48,220 nt of DNA from Catajapyx aquilonaris. Lineage: Eukaryota. Position numbers and translations under genes: made by a program. Each line of letters opens with the position of its first letter. The first letter of the stretch is position 1. The notes under the pieces are model-generated. The model ran no database searches. It was given only the letters and a program-made list of their open reading frames with translations, and was not told the DNA's origin. The stretch spans positions 124,001-172,220 of the forward strand of contig KZ538244.1 of assembly GCA_000934665.2 (NCBI GenBank), in the 5' to 3' direction. This document shows, one piece after another, positions 1 through 13,449 of this stretch.

Positions 1-3000
1 GAGGAAGCGGTAAATTTGTATTATCACGGCTGCTGCGTGCATTTTTACCCCCGCTTCCTGGAAGGGTCCAAGCCTCTTATTAGAGAATTACAATAGCATT
101 TTGTTGTGGGGAGACTTGGGGCTTCCTCTTGTCTGGAGGGATTCATCAGTGTCTGCCTCACCTGTGATTAAAAGCCGATGGCCACGGGGAGAGAGATCTG
201 TTGTGATGGGAAGAGGAGCCCTTTTCCTGCCTGGCTTCTGGATTGATCGAAATATGTCCTAATTATACACTGTGCGTATGTACCCAGCGTTGGGTGTAAT
301 TTGTGCGTGTGATGCGGGCGGAGTTGGTGAATGTCCTTTTTGTTTAACCTGTGCCCTGAAGGACATTTTTGTTGCGAGAAATTATGTTGAAACCACACAT
401 CCCGGTTATAAATACAAGGACTTGGGAAGGGAATAAATGGTAGGGGTCAGAATCAAGTTCTCATCGCCCAGAAATGAAATAATGTGGAGGAGGAATATTT
501 TTCTGGCGGCATCGATGGGAAGGTTCCACTACATTGTTGGTTTTGGCATAGGCCCAGACTGGCCCTCCCAAGCGAAAGAGCGCAATGTAACGGCCAATTA
601 GTGCCAAAATAAGTTTTACTGTTTGTATTTATGTAGACATGTGTTTTTAACTACTTCTTTCCGTCTGGGTATTATATTATAGATACAGATTTAGTTCGAG
701 AAGCATCATATATGCGTGTGGTACGTTTTTAAAAAAGGAAGAGCGCAAAATTTTGCCCTCAACAATTTTTTAAGTTTTTATCAACAATCATCATGACTCC
801 AGTAAACGACCGAAATTATTGTACAGCTTCAATACATATTTAGATATGGCATGTATACAGCACACAGTGGCATGTTTTAAACATAAAAATTGTGGATAAA
901 AGTTTCAGTCGCTAGTAGCCGTTAGGCTCTCAATAAAACACCAGAATTGCATGAGATATGTCATGTTTGTAAATCCAGCACGTTTTAGTCCAGAGTAAAA
1001 ATCACAAAAGGACCAGAGTTATATTCATATGCACTGCATCAAATGATAACATCACATTTTTTTGAAAAATACCCCGCACTCATTGCCTGGAATGACAATA
1101 CTGCACAGTATTACCCTCTGCTTCCAAAAACGAGCCAAACGTCGCCATTACACCCGTTCAATTCCGTACGCATCCCGGAAAAATACGGGTGCAACGATAG
1201 CATCTCTCTCTCTGAAAAAAAAAATCCCTAGTCTCTCATCCTATATATTTACACAGGAGCTGTGCCAACCCAAATCGATGGCCCTTCTCCATGATATAGG
1301 CATATCAGTCGCAGTAACCGTATTAGACATTCTGGCTAGACTCCAGCTATCGGATCTCCCTATTTGACTCGATTTGTCTCCCACCACTTGGAAAATAGTC
1401 TTCTTTACATTTTGTGGAAAGTTGTTCCATACACCCATAGGATTGTTGCATACGCCCCGACCGCCCAAAGTTTCGGGTTGTGTTGACTCCCAGACTGTCA
1501 TCATACACTTTGTAAGGCTTAATTATGACGCGGGCTTGGTACTATATATTCTAGGATAATAGGCTATTACCGCCAAGCATAGGAGCCTAATGTGGTGCCA
1601 TTGTAAATCAATAACTGTCAACAACGTGGGTTATAAACAAGAGGGATTCACAATTCAGAGACGGGAGGAATTTTATTGGACCTCCATTTTTTTCTGTTTT
1701 ATTTATTCGAGGGGGTTCCATCTAGCATGGAGTCATCTCGTTTCATTCAGATTTATCGCCTGGAGGGGGGAGGGAGGTTATTTTAGGAGGAAAAACATGG
1801 GAGGGATGTGTGTGCGTTTGATGGGTAATTTGCGTTGTAAGTGCGCAATTGCAGTTGTTGCAGTCTCGTCTCTGTGGTGGACTCAGCAATGGAAAATGTG
1901 GGGTGGGTAGGGGGCATTTCAAATGTGAGTCTTATGTGTCCCATGGGAGAAATAATTAGAAAAGAAAAGCACTGCAAGTGTTTGGAACGTGAGCAATTAT
2001 GGCCAAGTATTATTGCTCTGGTTGGGGGGTATGTTTTTGTTACACAGTGCTTTCACACTAGCGAAATGAAGTTCGAGTTGGATGTATGCACGGCCATAAC
2101 CAGAGAGGTAGCCATAAATGCGCGAAATATTCTCGAAGTTGACGGTATGTGGTTAGCGGTGCATAGCATTTTCGTTTTTTATTAAAAAAGCATTTGAAAG
2201 GCCGAGAATCGAAATGTCACTCGATATATGTCATAATTCTGTAGGAATTTTAATTATGTTAATCAACCCAAATTTTAAATGGAAAAAGGTGTTCTCGAGT
2301 CATGTCATTTATAATTAATTTAATTATTTAACAAATTGCAATAGAATTAGTAATTTTAAATAGAAGAAAATAATTAAGAAAGAATATGAAGTCATATCTC
2401 CTATACGGGCTATATATGGAATATATTTCTGGCTACAAAAGTATATGTTATTCTTAATTTGTTCAGCACGTGGCCATAATTTTCAATCTGAATAAATATC
2501 ATTCCACAACAGTCCCCCTTACAAAGTTTCGAATCTCGGAATTTCTCCCCCATATCATGACATTCGAATAAGTCTCTTTAAGTCGTCGTAATAAAATGCA
2601 CCTCAGCTTTTCATGAGGATTCCAATCTTCTTAGCCAAAATTGGAGGGGAAGGAGGAAAGGGGGAAAAAAAGAGAGAGAAACGGAATTATCCGACGCAAA
2701 ATACGGAAAGAAGCGGGGCAGAATATGCAAAGGGACGGAAAAAATAAGGAAATAAGGGAAAAAAATATATACGTATCATTTCTGGAGACCAGACCCGATT
2801 CTCTCTTCTTCTGATTACAAGAACCAGCTTTTTTTCCTCCCTTACTCTTTCTCTTTCTATCTCTCGTCGGCATACTTGGCATTCCGGACCTCTCTCCCCA
2901 TCTCCAATAAAATGCACTTTGAGTTTTTCGGGCAAAGATATGCATGGGTTATCGAGGAGTTGTAATCGTGCGAGGCAAAGAAGCGACACCGCCTCTTCTT

Positions 3001-3646
3001 TTTTTTTTTTTCTTATTCTCATTTCCTTTTGGAAGCACATCCTATTTTATATCCATTTTTTTCCGCTTTTCTGAAAGGCCCGAAACTTTAATTTTGCCGC
3101 CCGTTGACGGGATGAATCTTAATTGGCCACCTATTCTATCGGTTGGGCGACTAATTACGTTTGTCGTTAGTAAATAGCCGGCCGTCCCGGTATGTTATTG
3201 AGCCTGAAGTTGGCGGGTAATTGGACTATTTAACGCACGCAAAAATATCATTAGTCGTTTTTGAGAAGGCCGGAGACAATTGTTTCCCATAGGCAGTAGT
3301 AATGACACAGTATAGCTTCATTAAAAGTAGATTAAGGTTGACTGATGTCCTCTGTGGAAAAGTCACTGGCTGCTGCAATCTTTTAAGGCAAAAATCCACT
3401 GATGGAAACCAGGAAATTCGTGACCCACCCCCCTCCGAAATGACTAGTAGATGTTGCGTCAGTTCGTGTCTCATTGTTGCAACGGGCCATTACCTTTGAA
3501 TCATCTCCAGAAATTGCTATGGGGGACTCTGAGGTGTGAAGTAACCATCCACTGCACATTACCACTCGTCCTACTTGGACGTACGTAATTGCCACATGAT
3601 GAGTAACAGTCAGCTTTGGTGTGTTTCGCTGTAAATGAATGAAGAG

Positions 3647-3667
3647 ATAAATAAATAAATAAATAAA
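3647..3667. repeat. (ATAA)n microsatellite, 5 copies
   Basis: ataaataaataaataaataaa read directly, followed by degenerate copies to about 3687. Confidence 0.85.
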
Positions 3668-4200
3668 CAAGCTAACAAGTAAATAAATTCACAGTCCAAG
3701 CCAATTTCTTTTAAAAATTAATATAGTAAATATATAAATTTTAGCCAAGAGTTGGACCCAACGAGTCGGACTGTCATTTCCAGCCAGATCCAAAGATGGC
3801 GCAGCAGTTCCTCTCCCCTCCATGTTTATGATCTCCCCCCCACAGCAAGGCTCATCCCCACCCAACTAATTCCTCAACTGCTGCACTCCATGCCATCCGT
3901 CCAATAATCAGCATCGATCACATTTTGCGAGGGGTACCCCGGCGGTTCGCGAAATGAAACCGACCCAAAGTTTCCCCCACCAAACCTGGATGCTGCTGGA
4001 ATAAGAGAGAAATCCACCCCCCTCTCTTTCCAGAAATGTTATCCGGTTTTCCTCTTCCCCACCCAAAATCGCACCTTTCCAGTTGAGTTCAAAGGGAAAA
4101 GCTGTTCCTCCGGTAAAGGATCAATTTTATAGCCTTCTCGAGACAATGTCAGTGCGAAGGAAGCGGATCCGGAGGAGCTTCCGAATATTCCTTTACATAC

Positions 4201-4224
4201 TTTTTTTTTTTTGGGGGGGGGGGG
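4201..4224. repeat. Adjacent homopolymers T12 and G12
   Basis: T at 4201-4212 immediately followed by G at 4213-4224. Confidence 0.9.
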
Positions 4225-7200
4225 TGTCTGCAGGCAAGACATTTCAAATTCTCGCTTTTGAAGCCAACACCAAAGTGAGAATTGAGGCAGAGTTCTTTTG
4301 AACTTGTCCTTTGAGCCTCTATGGTTTGTCTTGATAGGCAATTAGGTGTGAAAGGCCCTGGGATATGTATGTCTGAAAAAAAAAGAGTTTTTTTCAAAGA
4401 TGGCATGGTCACTCTTGGGATTGTGCAGGGTACAATAGAAGCATCCGGATAGATGGTAGGATATATAAAAAAGATGCAAAGTTGGGTCTCATCCCATCAG
4501 TAGGATGGATGTAGTTGCGTTAAAAGAGTCCACAGTGCGGAAAATAGGAACTTTTATGTGTGATCGCTGAAGCTAGGGGGTAGAAAGAGATGGAAATTCG
4601 AGGGAGAGAGACCCCATTATTGTAAATCAAGTCTATAAATTCTTGAGGCCCCAACTCTTTCTCTAGTTTAAAGGACATAGAGTCAACAACACTAGCAATA
4701 AACTAATGAGCTCCACTCTGATGTTTTCTCCTACTTACACCAACAATAGACTAATGAGCCCAAATGGAGCCGCAGCTTTTGAACATTTCCCAAGCCCGCT
4801 TCCATTATAATTTCGACACCGTAATTGCACTTTCTGAAAAGTCGGGCCATATGCCCCGGTTCCGAAAAATCATCCAAGAAAAAGGTGCAAAAAGGGCCGC
4901 AAAAGGCAAAGGGAAAAGATTCCTTCCAAAGTGGTGCTCCCTTCTTCAGGTGTGGGCTCCATTTATCCTTGTCATTAGGAAGACCCAACCCGGTGTGTGT
5001 CACACAACAGGCCATATCAAAAACTTAAATATTGCACCATTTTTTAGATATAATGTAAGAGTAATTAATTGCTTCAGTTAGTGTTCCAAAGGAATTGAGA
5101 AGGTTGCACGTGTGTGATCCAATTTGATCATCCCTTGACTGGCTTCCACATGTCCCAAGGCGGGATTAAGGTGTGTAATTTTGCCGGAGAAGAAGGCAAC
5201 AAAAGGAGAAGGCCCCCATACCGCCCTCTCCTGGGTCCCATTATCCTCCCGTTTTATGCTCGATGGTAGCTCTCCGGTCTTCATGCTGCCTATCCATTAC
5301 CTTTTTCTAAGCGAGAAGGGAGGCCTTTTTTGAGGCCGGTAGGGACCTCGTATTAAGCCGGGAGGCACCTGGAGAATACACCTAACCTTCATTTCGTGAT
5401 CTGTACAAAAAAAAGTGGGTCAGTTTGTTGGTCAGTATTTTTGGTGTGTTTATGGTTTTAAAAATATAGGGTCGGGGTCATTCGGAGAAAACATCAAGGT
5501 TGGGTATCAATATTTTTGGAACAACACCTGCTATATTAGGTTTAAAAAACTGATAGCGTGCCTTGTAGGCATGTACAGGTTTTTTTATGAGCTATGGCGT
5601 AATCCAGGATGCTTACAATGCAGAATGTGTAGTGTGTACGCATGCTTCGACAATTGGCGCAACTAAAGGGGAGCATACGCCATGAAATAATTTTTTAAAG
5701 CCAATCGCTTAACTGTCCCTATAATGGACACACTGGACAATTTTTTAAACTCCGATTTAGTACAGTGCATTTCCTGGCTGACATATGTCACAGTTGGAGT
5801 GAAATCCGAAACCAATCGCAAGTACATGCTTGTGAAAATCCCCTCGAGAGGTGTCAGCATATTGGTCAAATTTGGGTCAATCATTGGTCACAAGATTGAG
5901 GTAGGTTTGGTACATCTGGTAAGGCGATGGCCGCAATTCCATCCCCAAAATCCTACCACTTTTCTTCCTTGCCAATAATCGCGTAAGAAGGATGTCAAGA
6001 GTATTCCCTGCCGGGGAGACGCGAAGCCGACGAGGACGTGTTCCAAATGACCCGTGGATTTTGCCATTTGTCATTTTGTCAGAGTGTTCCGAGCAGATAT
6101 CACAAAGCTAATGGGACTTCCCTGGCCACTTTTCATGTCCGTCCGACTTCTAGTTTCCTTTTTACTCCTCTTTTTTTCTTGAGCAGGAAATCGAACTTGA
6201 CTGGGCCAAGGATTCTGAGGTTCACACTGATGTCTTTGCTGTTGTGGTTTAGGATCCGTGTGAAACCTATAGAGGTGTTGCATTTTGCACTTTCATACAC
6301 CACTCGAGTCGTTTCCATCTCGAGCGCTATGAAAACACTCGTTGGCCACGACCAGCCCTTTTCTTCTGCCAGAAGCCTGTCTGCTTTTCTGGATGAATAG
6401 GAGCATAATGAGTTAGGAGGGTGTGAGAGGAGAGAGAGGGGAGGGTTTCTACATGGAAACTACCACCGTGCTTTGGATGTTGACGACGAAGCTTCTAACT
6501 TTCCTCTTGGCCCGGTTCTTGAGGTAATATGCGTTGTAAGGTAAAGGCAGCTGAATAAACACGTTCCAAATTACAAGTCATTTCGGTAAATGCTGCGGGC
6601 TATCTGGCAGCTGCTATTATTGTTACTTTTTTTCATCAGTACTCCTAGCCCTGATCGCAGGGAAGCTTTAAATGAATATTGAGATTGCCTTCGAGGAACT
6701 TTGCATCTACTCGATATTCGCTGGAATAACATCAGTAGGTCACAGTTCAATTAACCTGCCCGTTATGTGACAATCCTTGCACCTCGATGAGTTGTCGTCT
6801 GTCCCAGCATGTCGTTCCAAAAGCTTTTTGAAGCTCCCTGTGGTCTTGGCGGCGACCCTCGGGGCTGTAACTAAGCCAGTTACGAATGACGCCTCTGAAC
6901 CAAAAGTGAAGAAAAGGAATCAATGGAGGCGAAGGCCAGACGGAGCCGCAGAGTTGAGGAAGGGACGAAAAGAAAGGAAGCTGAATAGGTAGAAATTCCC
7001 ATGGAAAAGCTGTCCTCAGGTAATCTCCAGGACCTTGTCCCGGAGTGGTAGAGCAGCTGGACATCCGGATAAAAAAGGGGGCCACTGTTTAATGAGGATT
7101 GGGAGGTAATAGTTGCTGATGGACACAGCAGGCTGACGGATCTTTGTTGCGTCAGAAAGGAGACCAAGAACAGTGTAGCCATCAGGAACGTCATGGGCGT

Positions 7201-7451
7201 GCTGCTTTTGTGCGTTGAAGAAAAGAAAGGAAGTTTGTGGAAAACAAGATTGGGAGGCCCTGCATGTAATGGGAGGGCTTAGGTAGGGAGGCTTCCATTA
7301 TGCCAGAAGGATCAGTAGGGCAACCTTTTCCAAGGTCGGGGTTTTTGACGTCGACAGTTTAGTGAAGAATAGCCCGACGTTGAAGATATGAATAACTTAG
7401 CCAACAGATGTTCACAAGTCGTTGATTGTTTGGGTATAAATTCCGTTATGA

Positions 7452-7469
7452 TGGCGCCCAGCGTGGGGC
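7452..7469 (+). mobile_element. tRNA-Lys(CTT) primer-binding-site-like 18-mer, possible LTR retrotransposon relic
   Basis: TGGCGCCCAGCGTGGGGC matches the Lys1,2 PBS TGGCGCCCAACGTGGGGC at 17/18; no gag/pol or second LTR recognised. Confidence 0.3.
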
Positions 7470-10400
7470 GTGAAACATTTGTTGACAAGTTTGACAAAAG
7501 GCTGCTGGTGTCGAGCATTGTTCTAAGTATGAATGGGTCGGGTACTAATGACACCTGTTGTTGAATCTGCGAAACGGTGGACCACACACAATTTTTGGCC
7601 ACATTTTCGCGGGGCAAGCCAGCCAAAGAAATATAACGACATCCGTGAAGACCACTTCCGTTTGCCGCTTCACCAACTTCAGACCATAGAGTTCTTGTCC
7701 CCCTTTTTTTACACCACCAAGATGGCCGCGCCATTGACATTCACTTCTCCAGTGCCCACACCCAACTCGGAAAAAAGTCCATCCAAACAAGCTCAAAAAG
7801 CGCACAATCCTCCGGAGATTGCCCGTAACAGACCAAGGGTCGTGGGCAATGTAATGGGCAAAGATGGCGACTTTTTTTTAACTCGCAGACTTTTTTCGGT
7901 TGCCTTGTTTTTGGCGGCCATCAAGGGTTAGGTTGTCGCAGCGTTCCGGTCCCTGTAATTTGGTCCGGAAATATGAGGGCTCGTCTCGGGGGAGAGAGGC
8001 CGTAATACAGTTACGGCATCCAAACTTCCCAACCATAATGGCGACGGGAAAAGCCGAGCGGGGGCCCCCGTGATGATGAGAGCGGCATTAGTCCCGAAGA
8101 CCTGAGTTAGTCTAACTGCGCATTACAGTGAGAATGAGGCCGTTTCCACCCTGTTCCAAGCTCCGGACAGATAAATGGAAGAGGAGGACTGGAAGGTTGT
8201 TAGGTTCAAAGAGTGCGAGAGGAGGGTAAAGGTTGGAGAAATGTGGAGAGGATGGAGGAAACTATTGGTGCTGATAGACCGTGATAGACTTAAAGTCACT
8301 ATTTTACGTGTGATGTATTGTCAGGTCATTCCACCTTCTGCAACAATGACGCAACTGTGGGCGACCTTGATCTGGCAGAAATCCTTTCTGTCATCAAGGC
8401 TGAGGAATGTCAGCCTCTTTGCCACGCATGCAAGGAAGCCATTAGAGATGAAGAAGGCGTCCTCAACATTGCCACATCTCTTTTTTCCCCTAGCAATTTT
8501 CCATTATTATTTTTGCTTTGTATTTCCGTCTGCATGGGGGCTTGTGCTCTGCATTCTTATGTCCATTGCGTGCTACATTTTCCCCGCCAATATGTCGTCG
8601 TAATTTGTCTCCTCAGGAAGGGAAACAACACAGGAGGAATGCTTTATTAGGTCCGTGCGCTTCCAAGACTCATTATTTCCACTAGAACACTAAGGATGAA
8701 AGCGGTTTTTTTTCACATGAATTTTTTTTCGAGGCATAGAAAGGGGGGTGGGCCCCTTCCAAAGTTTCTTTACCCGCATGGCCATTCCTATTTGGCCGAG
8801 GCTCCCATCCAGCTACTCCTTTCGCCACGGTGTGCATCCGAAAGGTGGCTTCCCTTTGCTGCTAATTCCCCGTGAAATGAAGAAAAGGACCGCCGTTGCA
8901 TGATCCCCCATCGCTCATCATCTGTACTTGTTTCCACCTAACCGTTTTTTTATATTCTAACTCTCTATTTCAAGCAGGTTGGTATTACAGGCTTGATTTT
9001 ATACTTGCTTCTGAAGAAAGTGCCAGGGTAGATATTAAATTGAAAGACGTAGTGGTAATGAGGGCCTGCAAATTGAGACAGATTGAGTTACCAAAAAATG
9101 AGGATTTTTATATGTATTTACTGCATCACGCAACCGGTTGACGGTAGCGTATATATTATGTAATTGCCGTGACGATGTGGGACGATTAGTGACCATTAGA
9201 GAGGAAGGCCAGCAGCTGGGCCAGGTGCAGGTCCAGGATATATCGGAGGATCCAACTGGATTGTTTTTTCTCCACCAAAAGTTACAGGTTTTATTTTTTT
9301 TAATATTTAAAAAAAATTATTCGGGCTACCCAAAAACGTGCAGGGTATATTTTTCTGAACATTTTAGGGCACGTGTTACAGAATTTGAAAGGGTTGTGAA
9401 ATGGTGACTTGCCAGTATGACCATTACATCATTTCATGATGCTATTACACGGTGAAAGCGGTAATGATGAAGCAGGTGATGCAAGTTGACTCCCAAATGT
9501 AACCTAAGTACATGATAATGCATATGAATTAAGGGCCAGTTTGGCTGATCATTCCTGAAGTAATCTTTGCTTGGATTGTTCATCCCAGGAATATTGGTTG
9601 GAGTAAACAATCCCGCATCTCCTTCCCTGCTTACGAAGCAACTACTTTGGAGTGTGTATAGGTGCGTCGCGAGATGGCAACAATTAAGCAGTGTGGTATC
9701 CAGCCATAAGCGGAATTACAAGGCTCTGAGAGTACAGAATATGGCGGCACTAACTCCAGGTCGAAATACATTTAATGAAGTGCAGGGAGTGGAGGGGGGG
9801 TAATTTTAGAGCAATCTAAAAGGACTGGGGGTCCGCCTTTGCAATTTATTACGCTTTATTAGAAGGGTAAAACAAACTGGCGACATTAACGACGCAACTA
9901 TTAATTTCGGATCCTTCGGCGAGGATCCCGGTGTCCTGGACCCTTAATTTAATGTCAGTTTCAGCCGAGGCCCAATTTGTAGAACATGCGGACTGGTCTG
10001 GCCCAAAGGTCCTTTCCGCGGGTTCAACTCTCATTTTTGCGGCCACGGAAAATGTGATAAGTCTCCTTCGGCAGGCGTCAAAAGTAATGAAGCATTCTTC
10101 CGGGCTCTTCTGACTTGTTGAGGGCGGAATGATACAGGAAATGTTCCAATTTTGAGGGGCCTTTGTTGCCGAGCTGGCACGGAGAAAAAATTGTTCTCGT
10201 TTCATTGGGCTATCGATTTTAGAGGAGCTATAGTACAGCTGTAGCAGGACCGAACACTTGTCTAAACTATTTTAGTATAGCTAATTCGATTCTTATTGCC
10301 CTAAATTTCCGGTTAAAATCCGAGGGATGGATTAATAATTACATTCGTTTCGATGAGTATTCATGTAAATTAACGACACTCTCGTGCGTGAAATTCTCAA

Positions 10401-12619
10401 CATTAGTTGTTAAATTTTTTCTTGATAATGCAGTGTGGAGAGCTTAATTACACACCACCTGGTCCAACCATACCTAAACACACCAAACAATGATTGATAC
10501 TCCCCATTTGTCACCCCCAAATGTCACTCCCATATAAATAATACTGTCCTCAAATATTCCAGGAAGCATTGCTTTACCAAACATGCCATCTAGCGATTAC
10601 ACTTGATCCAACGAATTCCATCTAACCAGAAATCGAAACAAATAAAAAAAGAGAACCTGACCCCGTTTTTTGAACAGGTCTATTTTAATATGACTAGATC
10701 CATGCGTTGAGCAGAAGCCTTCAGGGGGATCATGGAGAAAACTAATGAAGGGGGTGTGTAGCTGCGAGTCACTAATCGTAAAATTCCGCCTGGTCGAGTC
10801 GGTAAATTCACTCGGAAGCCTCCTCATTTCTGCCAGGGAGCCGTGTAATTATTTGGTGGAACGATAAAACCTACCTAATGCTTTTCTTATCGTGCCAAGG
10901 CAAAACCTGTGTCACCTAAGAGCTCGCGAACAACTCCATGAAGGAGCAAGTCCAAGAAGGGGCAGGTATATGATGGGTTCAAGAAAGAAAAGAAAAAACA
11001 GAAGTGGCTTCTATGTAATGGAGGACGTAATTACGCAGTGCTTTTACATCGGTGCTACCTTTTCATGGAATTCTTTTCGTGGTGATATTTCCGCCTTTAA
11101 TGCATGTGTAATTGGTGCTTCGTTTCACACGGGAACATTGGTTATGGAGGATGACAATGCCCATTCTTGCTGTAATAGGTAGTGGGCAGCCGACAATTTT
11201 GTAATGTGTCTATTGAGTATGGGCGAGATTTTATTTGGTACGTTATTATTTTGATAGTGGGTCCAAAATGGGTATTTTGCGGGCTTTTATAGCGCAGGCC
11301 TAATGGTAGGCCGTGTTTCCCACATCGTTGGCGGGCTATTATTGCGGAATATGTAACTAATTATGATTCCACATTGGTAATAATTAAATGCCGACAGACG
11401 GATGCACGCGGTTTTTGTTATTTAATAATTGTTAATATTAGATGAAAAGAGCAATTTGTTGATGTTATAATCGTATAAAATCTGCTGCTATACAAATTTT
11501 TGTGTGGTAATTTGAAAGTAATGTTAATTTGATCGATTTTTGGATATGCAAACAAGCACTGTCCACAACTTGAGTCAAAATATTGAGCAGAATTAGTCTG
11601 CACATATTAAAAGTGAAGCTTGATTTTAAATAATTACTCGCATTATTTTAGGATGCAAAGGAAACTAGGCCTCACACGAAGTCCTCTAGGCACAAACTCA
11701 GATATTATCAAAGTAACATCATTATCCTAAAATAATATTCATAAGTGTGGTGATAAACTTCTCCCTGGAGTTCAGTCCCACGCCGATTATTTTCAGAAAA
11801 AAAAATCCCGATAAAATCATGCATGCTGAGGTGATATTAGTCTGTCTGTATTTGAACCCCACTTTTTTACGCCATTCGGATTCAAAAACTGGACTACTTC
11901 CTGACTCCTTCCCACGCACACCAGATATCCCCGTTAGGGAGAAGGCACTTCTCTCTCATATGTCTGTATCAGTCTGAAGCATCTGACAAGTCGGCAAGCG
12001 TTCTTCTTCTCCGAGTTGACGTCCCAAGATTGACTCCTGCCGGCAGCTGTATGCCCCACGAGGAAGAGTGAGGCCCCTGCAGAGAACTTGCTCCAGGAAA
12101 CAAGACTTTCCAGGCTCCCTTATCTGCCTCAATCATCGAACCGGAGCTCTATGAAATTAAATAACCCAGGAGGAGGGTGTGTTCCTTAACACCACTTGGT
12201 TCCAGAAGTTGTTCCCCCTTTTTTTTAACTGTGCATGGTTGGGGATCACATGTGGTATTCCACCCACTTGTGTCGTCTTCGAGCACGCAAAGTTCAGATT
12301 TCGTGAAACTGAACCTTGTTTTTCCGTATATAAGCGCGCGCGAGCCCTTACCTTCTGCTGGCCAGATAATATTTCTTGATGATGGATGACTGCTCAAATA
12401 AGGTGACGTTTGTTGGGTCAGTTTCGTGTATCTCGGATGCAATGGCCCGGCTTCTCTCCAGAGTTTTCTGTTGAAAACTCGTGGAATGGGCTTGTCACAA
12501 GCGAGACATGAAAATTAGAGTTGCGAACGGAGTGATAAATCCTGAGGTTGTCCACCACGTTAGGACTTGATTACTGCTGTCCGTGACAGGTCAGGCATAA
12601 TCCAGCATGGCAGGCGATA

Positions 12620-13195
12620 TGAGGTACAGGAAGCGCCAAAATGGTCGCCCTCTACACCCACGTGCTAGGCCTAGACCTATGCGTTAGGCCTGGTCATTCT
12701 TGCCACATAGAGGTATCCGAAAGTGACAAAATGGTCACAACTGACTTACTCCAGGACTGCTGGTCTAGGGTGAGGCCTAGCAGTGAACAGACTCTGCGGA
12801 GATGTCCAAAATATATATGACAACCACGTGCTAGGCCTAGAGCTAGGCCTATACATGGAGATATCAGGAGGTGATAAAATGCTTACAGCTGAATCACTAG
12901 GCCTAGGCCTGATGGGCATTATTATGGGATAACCAGAGGTGCTGAATGGTCACCACGTGCTAAAACCTGGCAGGGAATTGGTCATTTCTGCTGTGTGCAG
13001 ATAGCCAAAGTGTCCTTATCATCCCCCGTTTGGAGGCAGCCAGGCCCATATCAAGTTTCTAGGCAGTTGGTTTACTAATGCAGGTCTGAACGGTCATGAG
13101 GGTGCATCACGCTTGTACAGGAGGTGCCAAAATGGCCTTCTTATCATCCGAGGACTTAGTTCACCCTTCCTTCCCCCTACCATATCCACGTGGCC
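12620..13195. repeat. Degenerate repeat block of irregular period
   Basis: CCACGTGCTAGGCCTAGA identical at 12658 and 12824; CCACGTGCTA again at 12953; seven AGGCCT between 12667 and 12910; CAAAATGG at 12637, 12727 and 13128 in similar upstream context. Confidence 0.6.
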
Positions 13196-13346
13196 GTATT
13201 CAGGATTAGCAATGCACAGTGAAAAGTCCCAATAGAATTTGCATACTAATTATTCTCCTTTGCATATCTCAATTAAAGGCGTGGAAATGATTATTGCACG
13301 TAGCGCTCGACACTGATTGAGCCCCGTGTTCGTCATAATAATTGGG

Positions 13347-13449
13347 CTCTCTCTCTCTCCGAAGCGACGAGCTCTGTGCGTCTGTCTGCCTGGTCTGGCA
13401 TTGTCAAGGGAGTCAGTTTTCTAACCCCCTTCTCTCTCTCTCTCTCTCT
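13347..13449. repeat. Two (CT)n/(GA)n microsatellites
   Basis: (CT)6 at 13347-13358 and (TC)9 at 13431-13448. Confidence 0.85.

Noticed and set aside
262..320. TTGTGCGTGTGA resembling miR-210, next to a small hairpin
   Set aside because: The match ends after 12 nt and the flanks do not form a proper precursor stem
640..1060. AT-rich tract with the look of a DNA-transposon interior (similar tracts near 2060-2300, 33840-34020, 38870-38980, 40590-40900 and 44150-44430)
   Set aside because: No termini, target duplications or second copies found by eye; needs a repeat library
8318..8650. ORF with a CxxC (CHAC) and a protein-like first half
   Set aside because: Non-ATG start, no recognisable domain, no convincing donor site
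10691..10712. TGACTAGATCCA matching the 5' end of miR-279
   Set aside because: The 3' half diverges and no complementary 5' arm lies at precursor distance
12179..12379. WFQK motif suggesting homeodomain helix 3
   Set aside because: Lacks WFQNRR and the rest of the homeodomain; no homeobox, miR-10, miR-993 or iab-4 was seen in the window
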